A DNA stretch of 64,000 nucleotides. Source: Bacteroidia bacterium (GTDB taxonomy: Bacteria; Bacteroidota; Bacteroidia; M30B66). The stretch covers positions 2,848,001-2,912,000 of the forward strand of contig OZ257142.1 of NCBI GenBank assembly GCA_965279035.1, in the 5' to 3' direction. The position numbers were made by a program, and so were the translations under genes. Below are positions 1-9,893 of the stretch, in pieces. Every line of letters begins with the position of its first letter. The first letter of the stretch is position 1. Under the pieces are notes generated by a model. The model made no database searches and was not told the DNA's origin. It was given only the letters and a program-made list of their open reading frames with translations.

Positions 1-282
1 GGTGGAGCTATCGAAAGTCAAATCCAAGATGGTAGCTGGGCTCGTTTACGCGAATTGAGTGCGAGTTATCGAATTAATTTCAAAGCCAATGCGGCTGGAA
101 AGAAATTCATTCAATACATCGATATCAACGCTACAGCAATCAATCTTTTATTATTCACCAAATACAAAGGTGTAGATCCAGAAACTAGTTTGACAGGTGC
201 AGGATCAAATATTCAAGGTTTTGATTACTTCAACAATCCAGGTGTTAAAACATTCTCTTTCGGTATTCGTGCCGGTTTTTAA
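1..282 (+). CDS. SusC/RagA-family TonB-dependent transporter, 3' end (partial at window edge)
   Basis: Frame +1 is open from base 1: ...QDGSWARLRELSASY...NLLLFTKYKGVDPE...GIRAGF. This is a typical SusC C-terminus ending in Phe, directly upstream of a SusD gene. Confidence 0.93.
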   Translation, partial: GGAIESQIQDGSWARLRELSASYRINFKANAAGKKFIQYIDINATAINLLLFTKYKGVDPETSLTGAGSNIQGFDYFNNPGVKTFSFGIRAGF

Positions 283-304
283 TCATCCTTAACTAGAAGA
301 CAAC

Positions 305-1696
305 ATGAAAACTCTTATAAAATCCATGTTGCTGCTAACTCTTACAGCAGCTATTCTCCCAGGATGTAAAAAATACCTGGAAGATGCAACCGAAAATCCC
401 AATGATCCATCTGTTGGCTCACCGGGTTCTTTACTTGCCAATATTGAAGTCGCTACATTTTCTAATTATGCTGGTAATTCTGCTCGCCGTGCTGCCATAT
501 TAACACAACAAATGGCTGGAACGGATGGACAAATGATTCAATTAGCAAATTATCAGATTCTCGAAGGTGATGTGACTAACGAATGGAAAGGAATCTATAA
601 CAATGCAGTCATTAATTGCAATTTGTTGGTAGAAAGCTATGGTGATAAAAACCCCTATTATGCAGGAATTGCTAAAATTCTAAAAGCATTAAATATTGGT
701 TTAGCTACCGATATGTGGGGTGACGTTCCTTTTACTGATGCAGGCTTAGGTCTTACTGGTAATACTGAACCGAAATACGATACTCAAGAAAGTATTTATG
801 CCGGACTTCAAACATTGCTAACAGAAGCAATCAGTGATTTATCGAAAGATCCTACAAGCAATAGCTATTTCCCAACGGGAGATTTAATTTTTTCGGGTGA
901 TGCGGCTTCGTGGATTTCTTCAGCTTGGCTTTTGAAAGCGCGTTATGCCAATCGATTGAGTTTAAGAGATCCATCAGGCTCGGCAAGCTTAGCACTTGAT
1001 TATTTAAACAATGCTGGACTTACAGGTACTGAGAATGATTTAAATTCCATTTTTGGTGAAGGTGGAACTGAATTAAATCAATGGTATGCCTTCGAATCTG
1101 CTCGTGGAGGATACATCCGTATGGGAAAATATTTTGTGGATACACTTACTGCTACCGCCGATCCTCGTTTGCCTTTTTATGCAGCGTTGGATGATAATGG
1201 TGGATATACTGGTTCTTCTGTTGATCCTTCAGAAGCAGATGTGACAACTTCGGCGATTGGTCCATATTTCGGAAGTGCTGCATCTGTAGCACCGATTGCA
1301 ACGTATGTTGAAGCAAAATTTATCGAAGCGGAAGCCAAATTTCGTGCAGGAGATAATGATGGTGCTGCAACAGCACATAACGATGCTGTAAAAGCTTCCA
1401 TACTTCAAATTACTGGTACAAACGACGATACCTACGAGGCTGCCTTTGCTGCTGAATTTGCGGGTACTATTTCATTGGAAAAAATCATGTTCCAAAAATA
1501 CATCGCCTTATTTACGCAAGTAGAAGTTTGGAATGATTGGAGAAGAACCAATATTCCTCAATTAACACCAAATCCTAGCGGTGTTGTTCCAGGAATTCCA
1601 AGTATTTTACCTACTTCTCAGGATGAACGTTTGTATAATCCGAAAGCTACTGTTATCACTAATTTGCTCTCTAAAGTTTGGTGGGATAACAACTAA
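305..1696 (+). CDS. SusD/RagB-family outer-membrane lipoprotein
   Basis: Lipobox (ILPG-C), DMWGDVPF, KYDTQESIY, QKYIALF and WNDWRRT motifs; follows SusC. Confidence 0.95.
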   Translation: MKTLIKSMLLLTLTAAILPGCKKYLEDATENPNDPSVGSPGSLLANIEVATFSNYAGNSARRAAILTQQMAGTDGQMIQLANYQILEGDVTNEWKGIYNNAVINCNLLVESYGDKNPYYAGIAKILKALNIGLATDMWGDVPFTDAGLGLTGNTEPKYDTQESIYAGLQTLLTEAISDLSKDPTSNSYFPTGDLIFSGDAASWISSAWLLKARYANRLSLRDPSGSASLALDYLNNAGLTGTENDLNSIFGEGGTELNQWYAFESARGGYIRMGKYFVDTLTATADPRLPFYAALDDNGGYTGSSVDPSEADVTTSAIGPYFGSAASVAPIATYVEAKFIEAEAKFRAGDNDGAATAHNDAVKASILQITGTNDDTYEAAFAAEFAGTISLEKIMFQKYIALFTQVEVWNDWRRTNIPQLTPNPSGVVPGIPSILPTSQDERLYNPKATVITNLLSKVWWDNN

Positions 1697-1712
1697 AAGT
1701 TCGATTTAATTT

Positions 1713-1749
1713 ATAAAAAAGGCAGTCAATAATTGACTGCCTTTTTTAT
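1713..1749 (+). terminator. Rho-independent terminator after susD
   Basis: Perfect inverted repeat ATAAAAAAGGCAGTCAAT-A-ATTGACTGCCTTTTTTAT. Confidence 0.9.
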
Positions 1750-2431
1750 TATAAGAACTTGAATTACTTAAATTATTCAACCCCGATTGTATTGAAAAAC
1801 ATGAAATGAAGTTGGATTTGCAAACAAAAATTGAGATTTGATTAGTCTCAAGGAAGAAATGAAGAATTAATTTTAGCTGAATTAGAAGGTGAATTGGAAG
1901 AAGAGTAATACGAAAAAACTACATTGGTTAGGAAAAAAGTAAATCCAATTGGAGTTAGCAAATTCAAATTTAGAAAAACAACCTTTTAAAGACTAGTAAA
2001 TTAAATTATGAATAAATCTACTTATGTATTAATTCTAGTAACCAAAATTCGCTTGATTGTTAATTAGAGAATTCAAATAAAATAATGAATTCTCTATTAT
2101 TTAATTTACACTTAATAAATTTAATCTATTTGATATTTCAAATTAAATACTAACTCTAATTTCTTCATCTTAACTATCCATTTATCAAGAAATTGAAATT
2201 GGAAATTGTATAAATTCCCCTCTCAAGCTCTCAATTGAATGAAACCAAATCGAATAGGCTTTTATCATTATTCAGAGATTAATTGGGATATGTATTAGTC
2301 TATCGATGGATTAAAATAACAAGTGAATCATTGATAAATGAATTTAATCACCAAAAAACATTAAATTGATTAAACTTTAAATGAAATTGAGAATCAACAG
2401 GAATTCATTTCTAGAATTGAACCTAATAATT

Positions 2432-4090
2432 ATGAAATTAATAAAAGTGCTAATTATTTTATTAGCAATATCCAATTTTTCAATTGCTCAAACTACAGTT
2501 GGACTTCTTCAAAATGAGGCGGGAACATTAGAAGATGGGTATGTATTATTTGCACCATTAGGAAGTACAACTACTTATTTAATAGACAAATGTGGCAAAC
2601 AAGTAAAAACCTGGCCAAGTAGTTTTAAGCCGGGACAATCATGTTATATTTTACCAGATGGAACTTTATTGAGATCAGGAAATACAAACAATACAACTTT
2701 CAATGCAGGTGGTAAAGGAGGAATCATTGAAAAGATCGATTGGAATGGTAATGTAACATGGAGCTATACTATTTCCAATTCAAGCGAATGCCAACATCAC
2801 GATATTAAAGCTTTGCCCAATGGAAATGTATTAGCTATTGTTTGGGAATCAAAAACAAATACAGAAGCGATTGCTCTAGGTAGAAATCCCGCATTAACTA
2901 CACAAAGTATTTGGACTGAAAAAATCATAGAAATACAACCTATTGGATCAACAGGAGGAACGGTTGTTTGGGAATGGCATCTTTGGGATCATTTAATACA
3001 AGATTTTGACAATATAAAACCTAATTATGGCAGCGTTGCTTCTAATCCTCAATTAGTAAATGTCAATTATAATGCGAGTTCCAACACGTCAAATGGTCAA
3101 GATTGGATTCACATGAACTCCATTGACTATAACCCAAGTTTAGATCAAATATTAGTAAGTTCTCATTCATTTAATGAAATTTGGATTATTGATCATAGCA
3201 CAACTAGTTCTCAGGCAGCCAATCATTCAGGTGGAACTTCAAATAAAGGTGGTGATTTATTATATCGATGGGGAAATCCTCAAGCCTATGGGAATGGTAC
3301 TGTAAGCAATCAAAAGTTTTTCGGGCAACATCATGCGCACTGGATAGAAATTGGATTTCCTTATCAAAATGAGATAATGGTTTTCAATAATGGTAATGGT
3401 AGAACAGGAGGAAATTATTCTACCATCGAAATTATCAATCCACCTATAAATGGAATTGACTATCAGTCAATATTGCCGTATTTGCCTTCCTCAACTTCAT
3501 GGATTTATAATGCGACCAATTCGAATAGTTTTTATGCTCAAAATATTTCAGGAGCACAACAACTTTCCAATGGAAATGTACTTTTTTGTAATGGTCCAAG
3601 TGGAAGTTTTTATGAAATCGATTCGCTAGGAAATATTCTTTGGACTTATATAAATCCAGTATCTACTACTGGGATAATCGCTCAAGGTTCAACTCCAATA
3701 CAAAACTTAGTATTTAGATGCAGCTTTTATTCAAGCAATTATTCGGGTTTTACAAGTCAAACAATATTGCCTTCAAACACTATAGAAAACTCCAATACAA
3801 ACTCATCTTCCTGTACTTTAGTTCTTAATAATCATGATATGTATGAATCTAAAATCGTAGTTTATCCAAATCCAGCTCATCAATTTCTAACAATGAAATT
3901 TGAAAATGATTTCTCTAGTATTTTACAAATTGAATTAAAAGATTTTTTAGGAAGAACAATATTCTCTAAGGAAATAACGGAGTCAATAAATTCATATTCA
4001 ATTGATATTTCAGGATTTTCGAAAGGATTATATTTTGCCCAATTTAAATTTGAAAATAGTATCACAACAAAAAAAATAATTCTTGAATAA
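2432..4090 (+). CDS. Aryl-sulfate sulfotransferase (ASST)-family protein with T9SS C-terminal domain
   Basis: QHHD, DWIHMNSIDY, LYRWGNPQAY, QHHAH and SGAQQLSNGN motifs; CTD VYPNPA...GLYF...KKIILE. The signal peptide fits ATG 2432 better than the ORF-track start at 2381. Confidence 0.85.
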   Translation: MKLIKVLIILLAISNFSIAQTTVGLLQNEAGTLEDGYVLFAPLGSTTTYLIDKCGKQVKTWPSSFKPGQSCYILPDGTLLRSGNTNNTTFNAGGKGGIIEKIDWNGNVTWSYTISNSSECQHHDIKALPNGNVLAIVWESKTNTEAIALGRNPALTTQSIWTEKIIEIQPIGSTGGTVVWEWHLWDHLIQDFDNIKPNYGSVASNPQLVNVNYNASSNTSNGQDWIHMNSIDYNPSLDQILVSSHSFNEIWIIDHSTTSSQAANHSGGTSNKGGDLLYRWGNPQAYGNGTVSNQKFFGQHHAHWIEIGFPYQNEIMVFNNGNGRTGGNYSTIEIINPPINGIDYQSILPYLPSSTSWIYNATNSNSFYAQNISGAQQLSNGNVLFCNGPSGSFYEIDSLGNILWTYINPVSTTGIIAQGSTPIQNLVFRCSFYSSNYSGFTSQTILPSNTIENSNTNSSSCTLVLNNHDMYESKIVVYPNPAHQFLTMKFENDFSSILQIELKDFLGRTIFSKEITESINSYSIDISGFSKGLYFAQFKFENSITTKKIILE

Positions 4091-4359
4091 TGTGGCTTCA
4101 AAAACTTTCATGAATTCAAACAATTTCAATAAAGAAATAAATGCGAGAAACTAAATACTTGATACATAGAAATTAATTTATCCAAATAAATTCAACGATT
4201 TTATGTTGATTTAAACAAATAGCAATAGCATATTCTTTAAATACAATACTCGAATTTGTTGTTTTAAAATGGCCTCCATTTTTCAAAAATATACAGATTA
4301 TATTGAACATTTATTTTATAGTATATTCGCTTTTTATTTGAATAATACATCTTCCCAAC

Positions 4360-5202
4360 ATGAAAAAATTGCTTCCAGCTTTTGCTGCATTTATCATTCT
4401 GTTCAATCTTCCTATTCACGCACAATCAACCAATCCTGCCCCCTATTGTGATGCATCGTTTGATGACATGGATGGAACTTTTAATGTAGCAGATCAAATA
4501 AAAAGCGTTTCGTTTGGCACTTTAAGTAATACAAGCAATGCGCAATATGCTTTTCCACATTATGTATTTTACAATAATTTGTCTGTTCCAAATTTAACAA
4601 TTGGAGCTGCCTATTCGTTTAGCGCAACATTCGAAGTGCATGGTGGTGCAGGTTTTGGCATTTGGATAGACTATAATCATAATAATGTCTTTGAAGTAAC
4701 TGAGAAAGTTGCTGGTTCAATATTCAATGCGTGGATGGAAATTTCAGATAACACGATGATAAATGAAAGCATTACGATTTCTCCTATAGCAATGGCAGGA
4801 CAAACACGCATGCGCGTTAGAATTGTTGAAGATGATATGTATACTGGAGCAAATGGAGCAGCAATTTCGGCATGTAATGCAAGTGCAACTGCAGAAGACA
4901 TTATGGATTGGGGAGAAACGGAAGATTATATAGTGAATATTATTTCTTCGGTAGGAATTCCAACTGTTGAAATTCAAAATTCCGAATTGGTTTTTCCAAA
5001 TCCAGCAATATCCTTCCTTAACATCGCTTCAAAAAATTCAACTAACTATCGAATAGTTAATTTAACAGGAAGTCTTATTCAAAGTGGAATAGTCAATTCG
5101 TTTAAACAAATCAATATCGAAACACTTGCGCATGGTGTTTATTTTATTCAATTGTTTGAAAATGATAAAACGATTGCTGTAAAGCGCTTTGTTAAAGCAT
5201 AA
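4360..5202 (+). CDS. GEVED-domain T9SS cargo protein
   Basis: WIDYNHNNVF, TRMRVR and GETEDY motifs; FPNPA...GVYF CTD; signal peptide. Confidence 0.85.
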   Translation: MKKLLPAFAAFIILFNLPIHAQSTNPAPYCDASFDDMDGTFNVADQIKSVSFGTLSNTSNAQYAFPHYVFYNNLSVPNLTIGAAYSFSATFEVHGGAGFGIWIDYNHNNVFEVTEKVAGSIFNAWMEISDNTMINESITISPIAMAGQTRMRVRIVEDDMYTGANGAAISACNASATAEDIMDWGETEDYIVNIISSVGIPTVEIQNSELVFPNPAISFLNIASKNSTNYRIVNLTGSLIQSGIVNSFKQINIETLAHGVYFIQLFENDKTIAVKRFVKA

Positions 5203-5262
5203 AATAAGTCTAGCTCTCCCCTATTTCCAAATTATTCAGTTGGAATTGAATTCAAATAAACA

Positions 5263-6090
5263 ATGCGAATAATAAGCTGTTTATTTATTTGCACATGTAT
5301 TTTAATATTGAATATACATGCACAAAATTCAAATTCGATGGTAGATCTTCAACCTATGAACACACCTCAAGTTAAAATGAAAGTGGAAGTTTGGAGCGAT
5401 ATTATGTGTCCATTCTGCTACATTGGAAAACGTCATTACGAAGCTGCTTTAAAGCAATTTGCTGACAGTAATTCAATTCAAATTGAATGGAAAAGTTTTC
5501 AATTGGATCCAACAATTCCTCAAAATCCAGAAAATAAAAACAACGTTTATAAATACCTAGCCGAGCGCAAAGGAATGAGCGAAGAACAATCGCGCAAAAT
5601 GCACGATAATGTGGTTGCAATGGCGAAACAAGCTGGATTGAATTATAATTTCGATCAAGCAGTAATTGCGAATTCGTTTGATGCTCATAAAATGATTCAA
5701 CTAGCCAAAACAAAAGGCTTAGGTGATGAAGCTGAAGAACGCTTATTTCGAGCTTATTTTATAGAAGGAAAGGATTTCGCTGATCATACAACATTAATTC
5801 AACTAGGAAAAGAGATTGGGTTAAATGTGGATGAAATTGCAGCTGCTTTAACAAGTGAAGCATTCTCAGCTAAAGTAAAAGACGATATTGAAGAAGCTTC
5901 CCAATTAGGAATTCAAGGTGTTCCATTTTTCGTATTTAATAGAAAATACGCTATCAGTGGTGCGCAACCTGTAGAAGCATTTTTACAGACACTTCAAAAA
6001 TCATTTTCCGAATGGAGATTATCCAATCCTGCTCATTCATTCGAAATTCAAGAAGGCCCCGTTTGTAATCCCGATGGAAAATGTGATTGA
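5263..6090 (+). CDS. DsbA/FrnE-family oxidoreductase
   Basis: EVWSDIMCPFCYIGKR, GVPFFVF and SGAQP motifs; C-terminal CxxxxxC. Alternative start at 5377. Confidence 0.9.
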   Translation: MRIISCLFICTCILILNIHAQNSNSMVDLQPMNTPQVKMKVEVWSDIMCPFCYIGKRHYEAALKQFADSNSIQIEWKSFQLDPTIPQNPENKNNVYKYLAERKGMSEEQSRKMHDNVVAMAKQAGLNYNFDQAVIANSFDAHKMIQLAKTKGLGDEAEERLFRAYFIEGKDFADHTTLIQLGKEIGLNVDEIAAALTSEAFSAKVKDDIEEASQLGIQGVPFFVFNRKYAISGAQPVEAFLQTLQKSFSEWRLSNPAHSFEIQEGPVCNPDGKCD

Positions 6091-6101
6091 TTGTTTATGA
6101 A

Positions 6102-8537
6102 TTAATGAATCACTTGAAAAACCTTTCCTTCGATGTGTCTTCCGTCCAAGTTCTGAATATTCAGAATATACGTTCCATTATTTAATTTCGAAACATCCAA
6201 AGAAAATTCAGCATTGGAGTTCAAATTTGCTTGTAGGCAAAGTCTTCCATCTACTGAATAAATCGAATAAATCAATTTTTCATTTTGTTTATTGTCGATG
6301 GAAATTTTCAGTAATTGATTGGATGGATTTGGGTAGATTTTAATAGAAGCTGAATTCCCTTTTTCGGGGTTAATGTTAGCGAGAATATTTCCATTAGCAA
6401 ATGCATAATCACCTTTTCGTAATTGAGAGATTTTCATGGAACCAATGCCATTGGTAATGGATCCTGCATTTAATGTAAAGTCGGTATACACTTTCCATTG
6501 TGCTGAAGCATTTTCTCGATAGATAAGAACAGCTTGGGCTTCGGTATTATCAAAAAGATCATTATCTAATGATTCACTTGTATTTCCAACATAATTTAAT
6601 TGTGCATGCATTTCGGTTGTAGCCGGCCAAATTCCATCAACATGCCAGTAATGATTAGCAGAAAATTGATAAATATCTTCTGAACGTAAACTCGAATCGG
6701 GAGCTGCCCAAATATGATCAATGCGAACTAATGTTGAATCTGTAAGCGTATCTAAATACAAACGCATTTCAGAATAAGGTAATATTCCATTTAAAATGCT
6801 TTCATCGGGAACAAACGTATTTTCATAATCTGTGCGAGCCTGATTCAATCGTGTATGACGATTTAAAATCACCATTTTAGGTTCAAATGATGAAGTAATA
6901 TTTACATTAGAATATTGACCGTTGGCAGTAATTCTAACATCTTGACTTTGTCGATTTGCGCCAATCAGAGTTAAATCCAATGGAACATCACCATAAAAAC
7001 TTGGACATTTTCTCAATTTCTGTTGAATGTGAATCGTGGAATTCCAATTCGCCCCAGATTGTGTTGAGGCAAATGAATCAACAACAAATACAGAAAATCC
7101 CGGTTTGTAAACTTGATCTTCAAAAAAATCGTGTAAATCAAAACCGCTAGCTGCTTCTAAATAATCACGTAACTGAAATGGAGTGATGGTTTCATAAGGA
7201 TGAGCAGCTTGAACTGCCGACATAGCTTGACGAAATAAATCATCACCCAAATACCCACGTAAATTATGCATCACAGAAGCTCCTTTGTAATATGTGTGAT
7301 CGCCGTATATATTATCGTCAGGCATTGGTGAAAGGGCAAAATATCCATTATCTGTGATGTGAGCTGTTTTTAAAACATATTCATGATTATCCTTCACCTC
7401 GTTTATAAATGCATCATGTCCATCAACTTCTTCTACGGTTAGATGTGCGCTATATTCTGCTGGTCCTTCTTTCAACCACATATCATTGTGATTGTATGGA
7501 GCGATCCAATTCCCCCACCAATAATGACCTAATTCATGTGCGAAAAGATTCCGATTTTCTAATTCGGCTTGTCCCATCATAAATTGAGGATAAGCCACAT
7601 TTCCCGTTATTTCTAAGGCACCATCGGTTGTTAGTGCATAACCTACTCCAGGCCATCCCGTTGGACCGTACCAATTTTCACAGGCATTGATGGCATTTCC
7701 TAGATTTAAAAATTTAGTACGCATTGCACTTGTATCGGCCGGTTTTGCTGTGAGTTTAACGGGAACTGGAGCATAATTCCCCTGATGTACGTATGTTAAA
7801 TCACGATAATCTGATGCAGCAAATGCAGAAAGATGCGTAGGCAAAGGTTGATTAAAGGAATAGCTGCGAATAACAGTATCACCACCAACATTGGTTTCTC
7901 CTTCGAATGTGCCTTGACAATGTGCTTTAAATGCGCCAGAACTCTTTACATGATACCGATACGTGGCACGTTCAACAAAAGAATCAAAACAAGGATACCA
8001 TACTTTTCCAAAATTGGGAGGAATGGTCGATAAGCCTATCCCTAAATTGTAGATATAACCGGATTCAAAATAAAATCCACCCCAAACTGGATCACGATAG
8101 GGATGACCATGATAATATAACGTTAACGTTGTTGTATCATTTAGTGAAAGTGTATTTGCTAAATGAATAGTTACAAATTGACTATCAGTTTCAAATGGTA
8201 ATAGATTGTTTTGATTCTTTACGGAATCAACGGTTAAACGGACTAAATCGAAACGAATGCTTTGTTGAGCATTCATTTTAGGTACAAATTGAATTTGAGT
8301 TTCTGCTTTGATTGTTTGTCCTGCATAATCTGTAATATCGATGGATATATCATAATGCAAAATATCGAAGGTATCACTACGCAGAATGCTTTCGTTTAGT
8401 GAACGACTATCAACCTGATTGGGGATTAGCGTTTGTCCTCCTAGTTTTCGCCAATGTTGACATCCATAAGGATGAGGCTGAGAAAATGAGAATGAAAATG
8501 TACAAACGAAACCAATTATAAATAGGAATTGTCGCAT
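6102..8537 (-). CDS. M1-family aminopeptidase with T9SS CTD
   Basis: HELGH...WLKEG zinc motif, YYKGA, GAMEN-variant GALEITGN, CTD IYPNPS. Confidence 0.88.
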   Translation of the reverse strand: MRQFLFIIGFVCTFSFSFSQPHPYGCQHWRKLGGQTLIPNQVDSRSLNESILRSDTFDILHYDISIDITDYAGQTIKAETQIQFVPKMNAQQSIRFDLVRLTVDSVKNQNNLLPFETDSQFVTIHLANTLSLNDTTTLTLYYHGHPYRDPVWGGFYFESGYIYNLGIGLSTIPPNFGKVWYPCFDSFVERATYRYHVKSSGAFKAHCQGTFEGETNVGGDTVIRSYSFNQPLPTHLSAFAASDYRDLTYVHQGNYAPVPVKLTAKPADTSAMRTKFLNLGNAINACENWYGPTGWPGVGYALTTDGALEITGNVAYPQFMMGQAELENRNLFAHELGHYWWGNWIAPYNHNDMWLKEGPAEYSAHLTVEEVDGHDAFINEVKDNHEYVLKTAHITDNGYFALSPMPDDNIYGDHTYYKGASVMHNLRGYLGDDLFRQAMSAVQAAHPYETITPFQLRDYLEAASGFDLHDFFEDQVYKPGFSVFVVDSFASTQSGANWNSTIHIQQKLRKCPSFYGDVPLDLTLIGANRQSQDVRITANGQYSNVNITSSFEPKMVILNRHTRLNQARTDYENTFVPDESILNGILPYSEMRLYLDTLTDSTLVRIDHIWAAPDSSLRSEDIYQFSANHYWHVDGIWPATTEMHAQLNYVGNTSESLDNDLFDNTEAQAVLIYRENASAQWKVYTDFTLNAGSITNGIGSMKISQLRKGDYAFANGNILANINPEKGNSASIKIYPNPSNQLLKISIDNKQNEKLIYSIYSVDGRLCLQANLNSNAEFSLDVSKLNNGTYILNIQNLDGRHIEGKVFQVIH

Positions 8538-8632
8538 AGTAAAAACGTGAACGACGAATTTACCTGAAATTTGAAATAAATCAATGTGAAATAATTGTCT
8601 TTCACATTCGATATAACAATAAATGATTATAA

Positions 8633-9021
8633 ACCCGTTGTGCGGTTAAAAATTAGAATTATTCGTCAAAACTATTTATCGCTTACCCAAATAATCAATA
8701 CTTATGTAATGCCTTTAGATTAAATTATTTAAATTAAAATTAGGTTTAGAAACGGATCAGTGTGGAGGCTATGTCTGGGCGGCGAGGGTGTGTTTCGACA
8801 TAGATGAGAAAAAAGCTTATCCGAGCAAAATGGTCGAAAAAAGGCCTTGAGCGTAAGCAGCATCGTCCAGACTTGACCTTCTTTGATTACTTTCTTGTGT
8901 CAAGACAAGAAAGTAATACGTCGTAGACAAACATGAATGATATAGTGACAAGAAGCATTAACAGTCTTATTTCATTGATTGATATAAAAAAAATAAATTG
9001 ATAATTCAACCGCACATCGGT
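8633..9021. mobile_element. MITE-like non-autonomous element, copy 1 (389 bp)
   Basis: Imperfect terminal inverted repeats ACCCGTTGTGCGGTT / AACCGCACATCGGT, flanked by direct repeat TGATTATAA (8624-8632 and 9022-9030). No ORF. Homologous to 38494-39135. Confidence 0.7.
8772..8940. ncRNA. Putative structured RNA/ssDNA core of the MITE-like element, copy 1
   Basis: Stems GTCTGGGCGG/TCGTCCAGAC and TTTCGAC/GTCGAAA, plus a 13-bp hairpin at 8886-8917. Compensatory changes relative to copy 2. Confidence 0.6.
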
Positions 9022-9043
9022 TGATTATAATGTTCTCAAATAA

Positions 9044-9751
9044 TTAATCAGCATAAAACTTATATCCTATGGTACCAAGAAAACAAACATTTTTATAACG
9101 CGGTGTTGGAGCATTATCCATTGTTGTATTTCTGAAAAAATCCCAGCTAGCACGCGCACTAAGAAACATATGCTTTAAGTTAATATCGGCTCCACAAATA
9201 AATCCAACATTATTCCTTCTTAAGGATTCATTTCTAAATACTTGCTCTTGTGTATAGCTCGAAAAGGAGGTTGTAAATTCATTGCGTTGTTTAAGCAAAT
9301 AGGAATATTGAAAACCAGCTAATAATGAAATAAATTCGGATGGTTTTACAACTACCTGTAAAGGAATATCCATAATCAATGAAGTTCTAGTAAAATTATA
9401 ATTACTAGCGAGCAACAATCCCGAACCTTTAAAACCCTTTTGAGACACTGCAATTTCGGGTTGAAAACCAATGTATTTAGTTACAGGGAAATGAATTAAA
9501 GCACCAGCAGTTAAAGCATATTTAGTTTCAGCTTGAAACTGATCACCTTGTCCTGCAAATACATCCGAAATGCACATACCTGCTTTCACTCCAAATTGCA
9601 ATTTTTCTCGATTATCTGTTGGTAAATTGTTCGTTCCGGTAGTTGAGCTAGTATTGGTATTCACTGTTATATTCGTCTTAGTTGAATCCTGTGCATTCAA
9701 ATGAAAGGAAACAACTAAAAGAAAAAATGAAAAGAGAAGATTAAGTTTCAT
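9044..9751 (-). CDS. Outer-membrane beta-barrel (porin/PorT-like) protein
   Basis: Signal peptide; FGVKAG, FQPEI.VSQKG and terminal IGYKF. Confidence 0.8.
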   Translation of the reverse strand: MKLNLLFSFFLLVVSFHLNAQDSTKTNITVNTNTSSTTGTNNLPTDNREKLQFGVKAGMCISDVFAGQGDQFQAETKYALTAGALIHFPVTKYIGFQPEIAVSQKGFKGSGLLLASNYNFTRTSLIMDIPLQVVVKPSEFISLLAGFQYSYLLKQRNEFTTSFSSYTQEQVFRNESLRRNNVGFICGADINLKHMFLSARASWDFFRNTTMDNAPTPRYKNVCFLGTIGYKFYAD

Positions 9752-9840
9752 ACGTAGAGTCTTTGGTTTTAGTTTAATGAAGAATTCATATTATTTTGAA
9801 TTATTTCAATAAACAAAACTGCACATTTGACACAACAGAT

Positions 9841-9874
9841 GACTTACACAATTCGGAATTAGACTTACATAATT
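9841..9874. promoter_or_regulatory. Phased direct repeat, putative transcription-factor site
   Basis: GACTTACACAATT (9841) and GACTTACATAATT (9862), 21-bp period, upstream of the minus-strand porin gene. Confidence 0.55.
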
Positions 9875-9893
9875 TAATTGATAGGAATACATT

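Noticed and set aside
1-1749. Polysaccharide utilisation locus
   Set aside because: A strong terminator follows susD and no CAZyme is adjacent downstream; the upstream context lies outside the window.
8583-8608. AATGTGAA-N10-TTCACATT as a CRP site
   Set aside because: The TGTGA/TCACA spacing is 12 bp rather than 6. It may be another operator, but that is unsupported.
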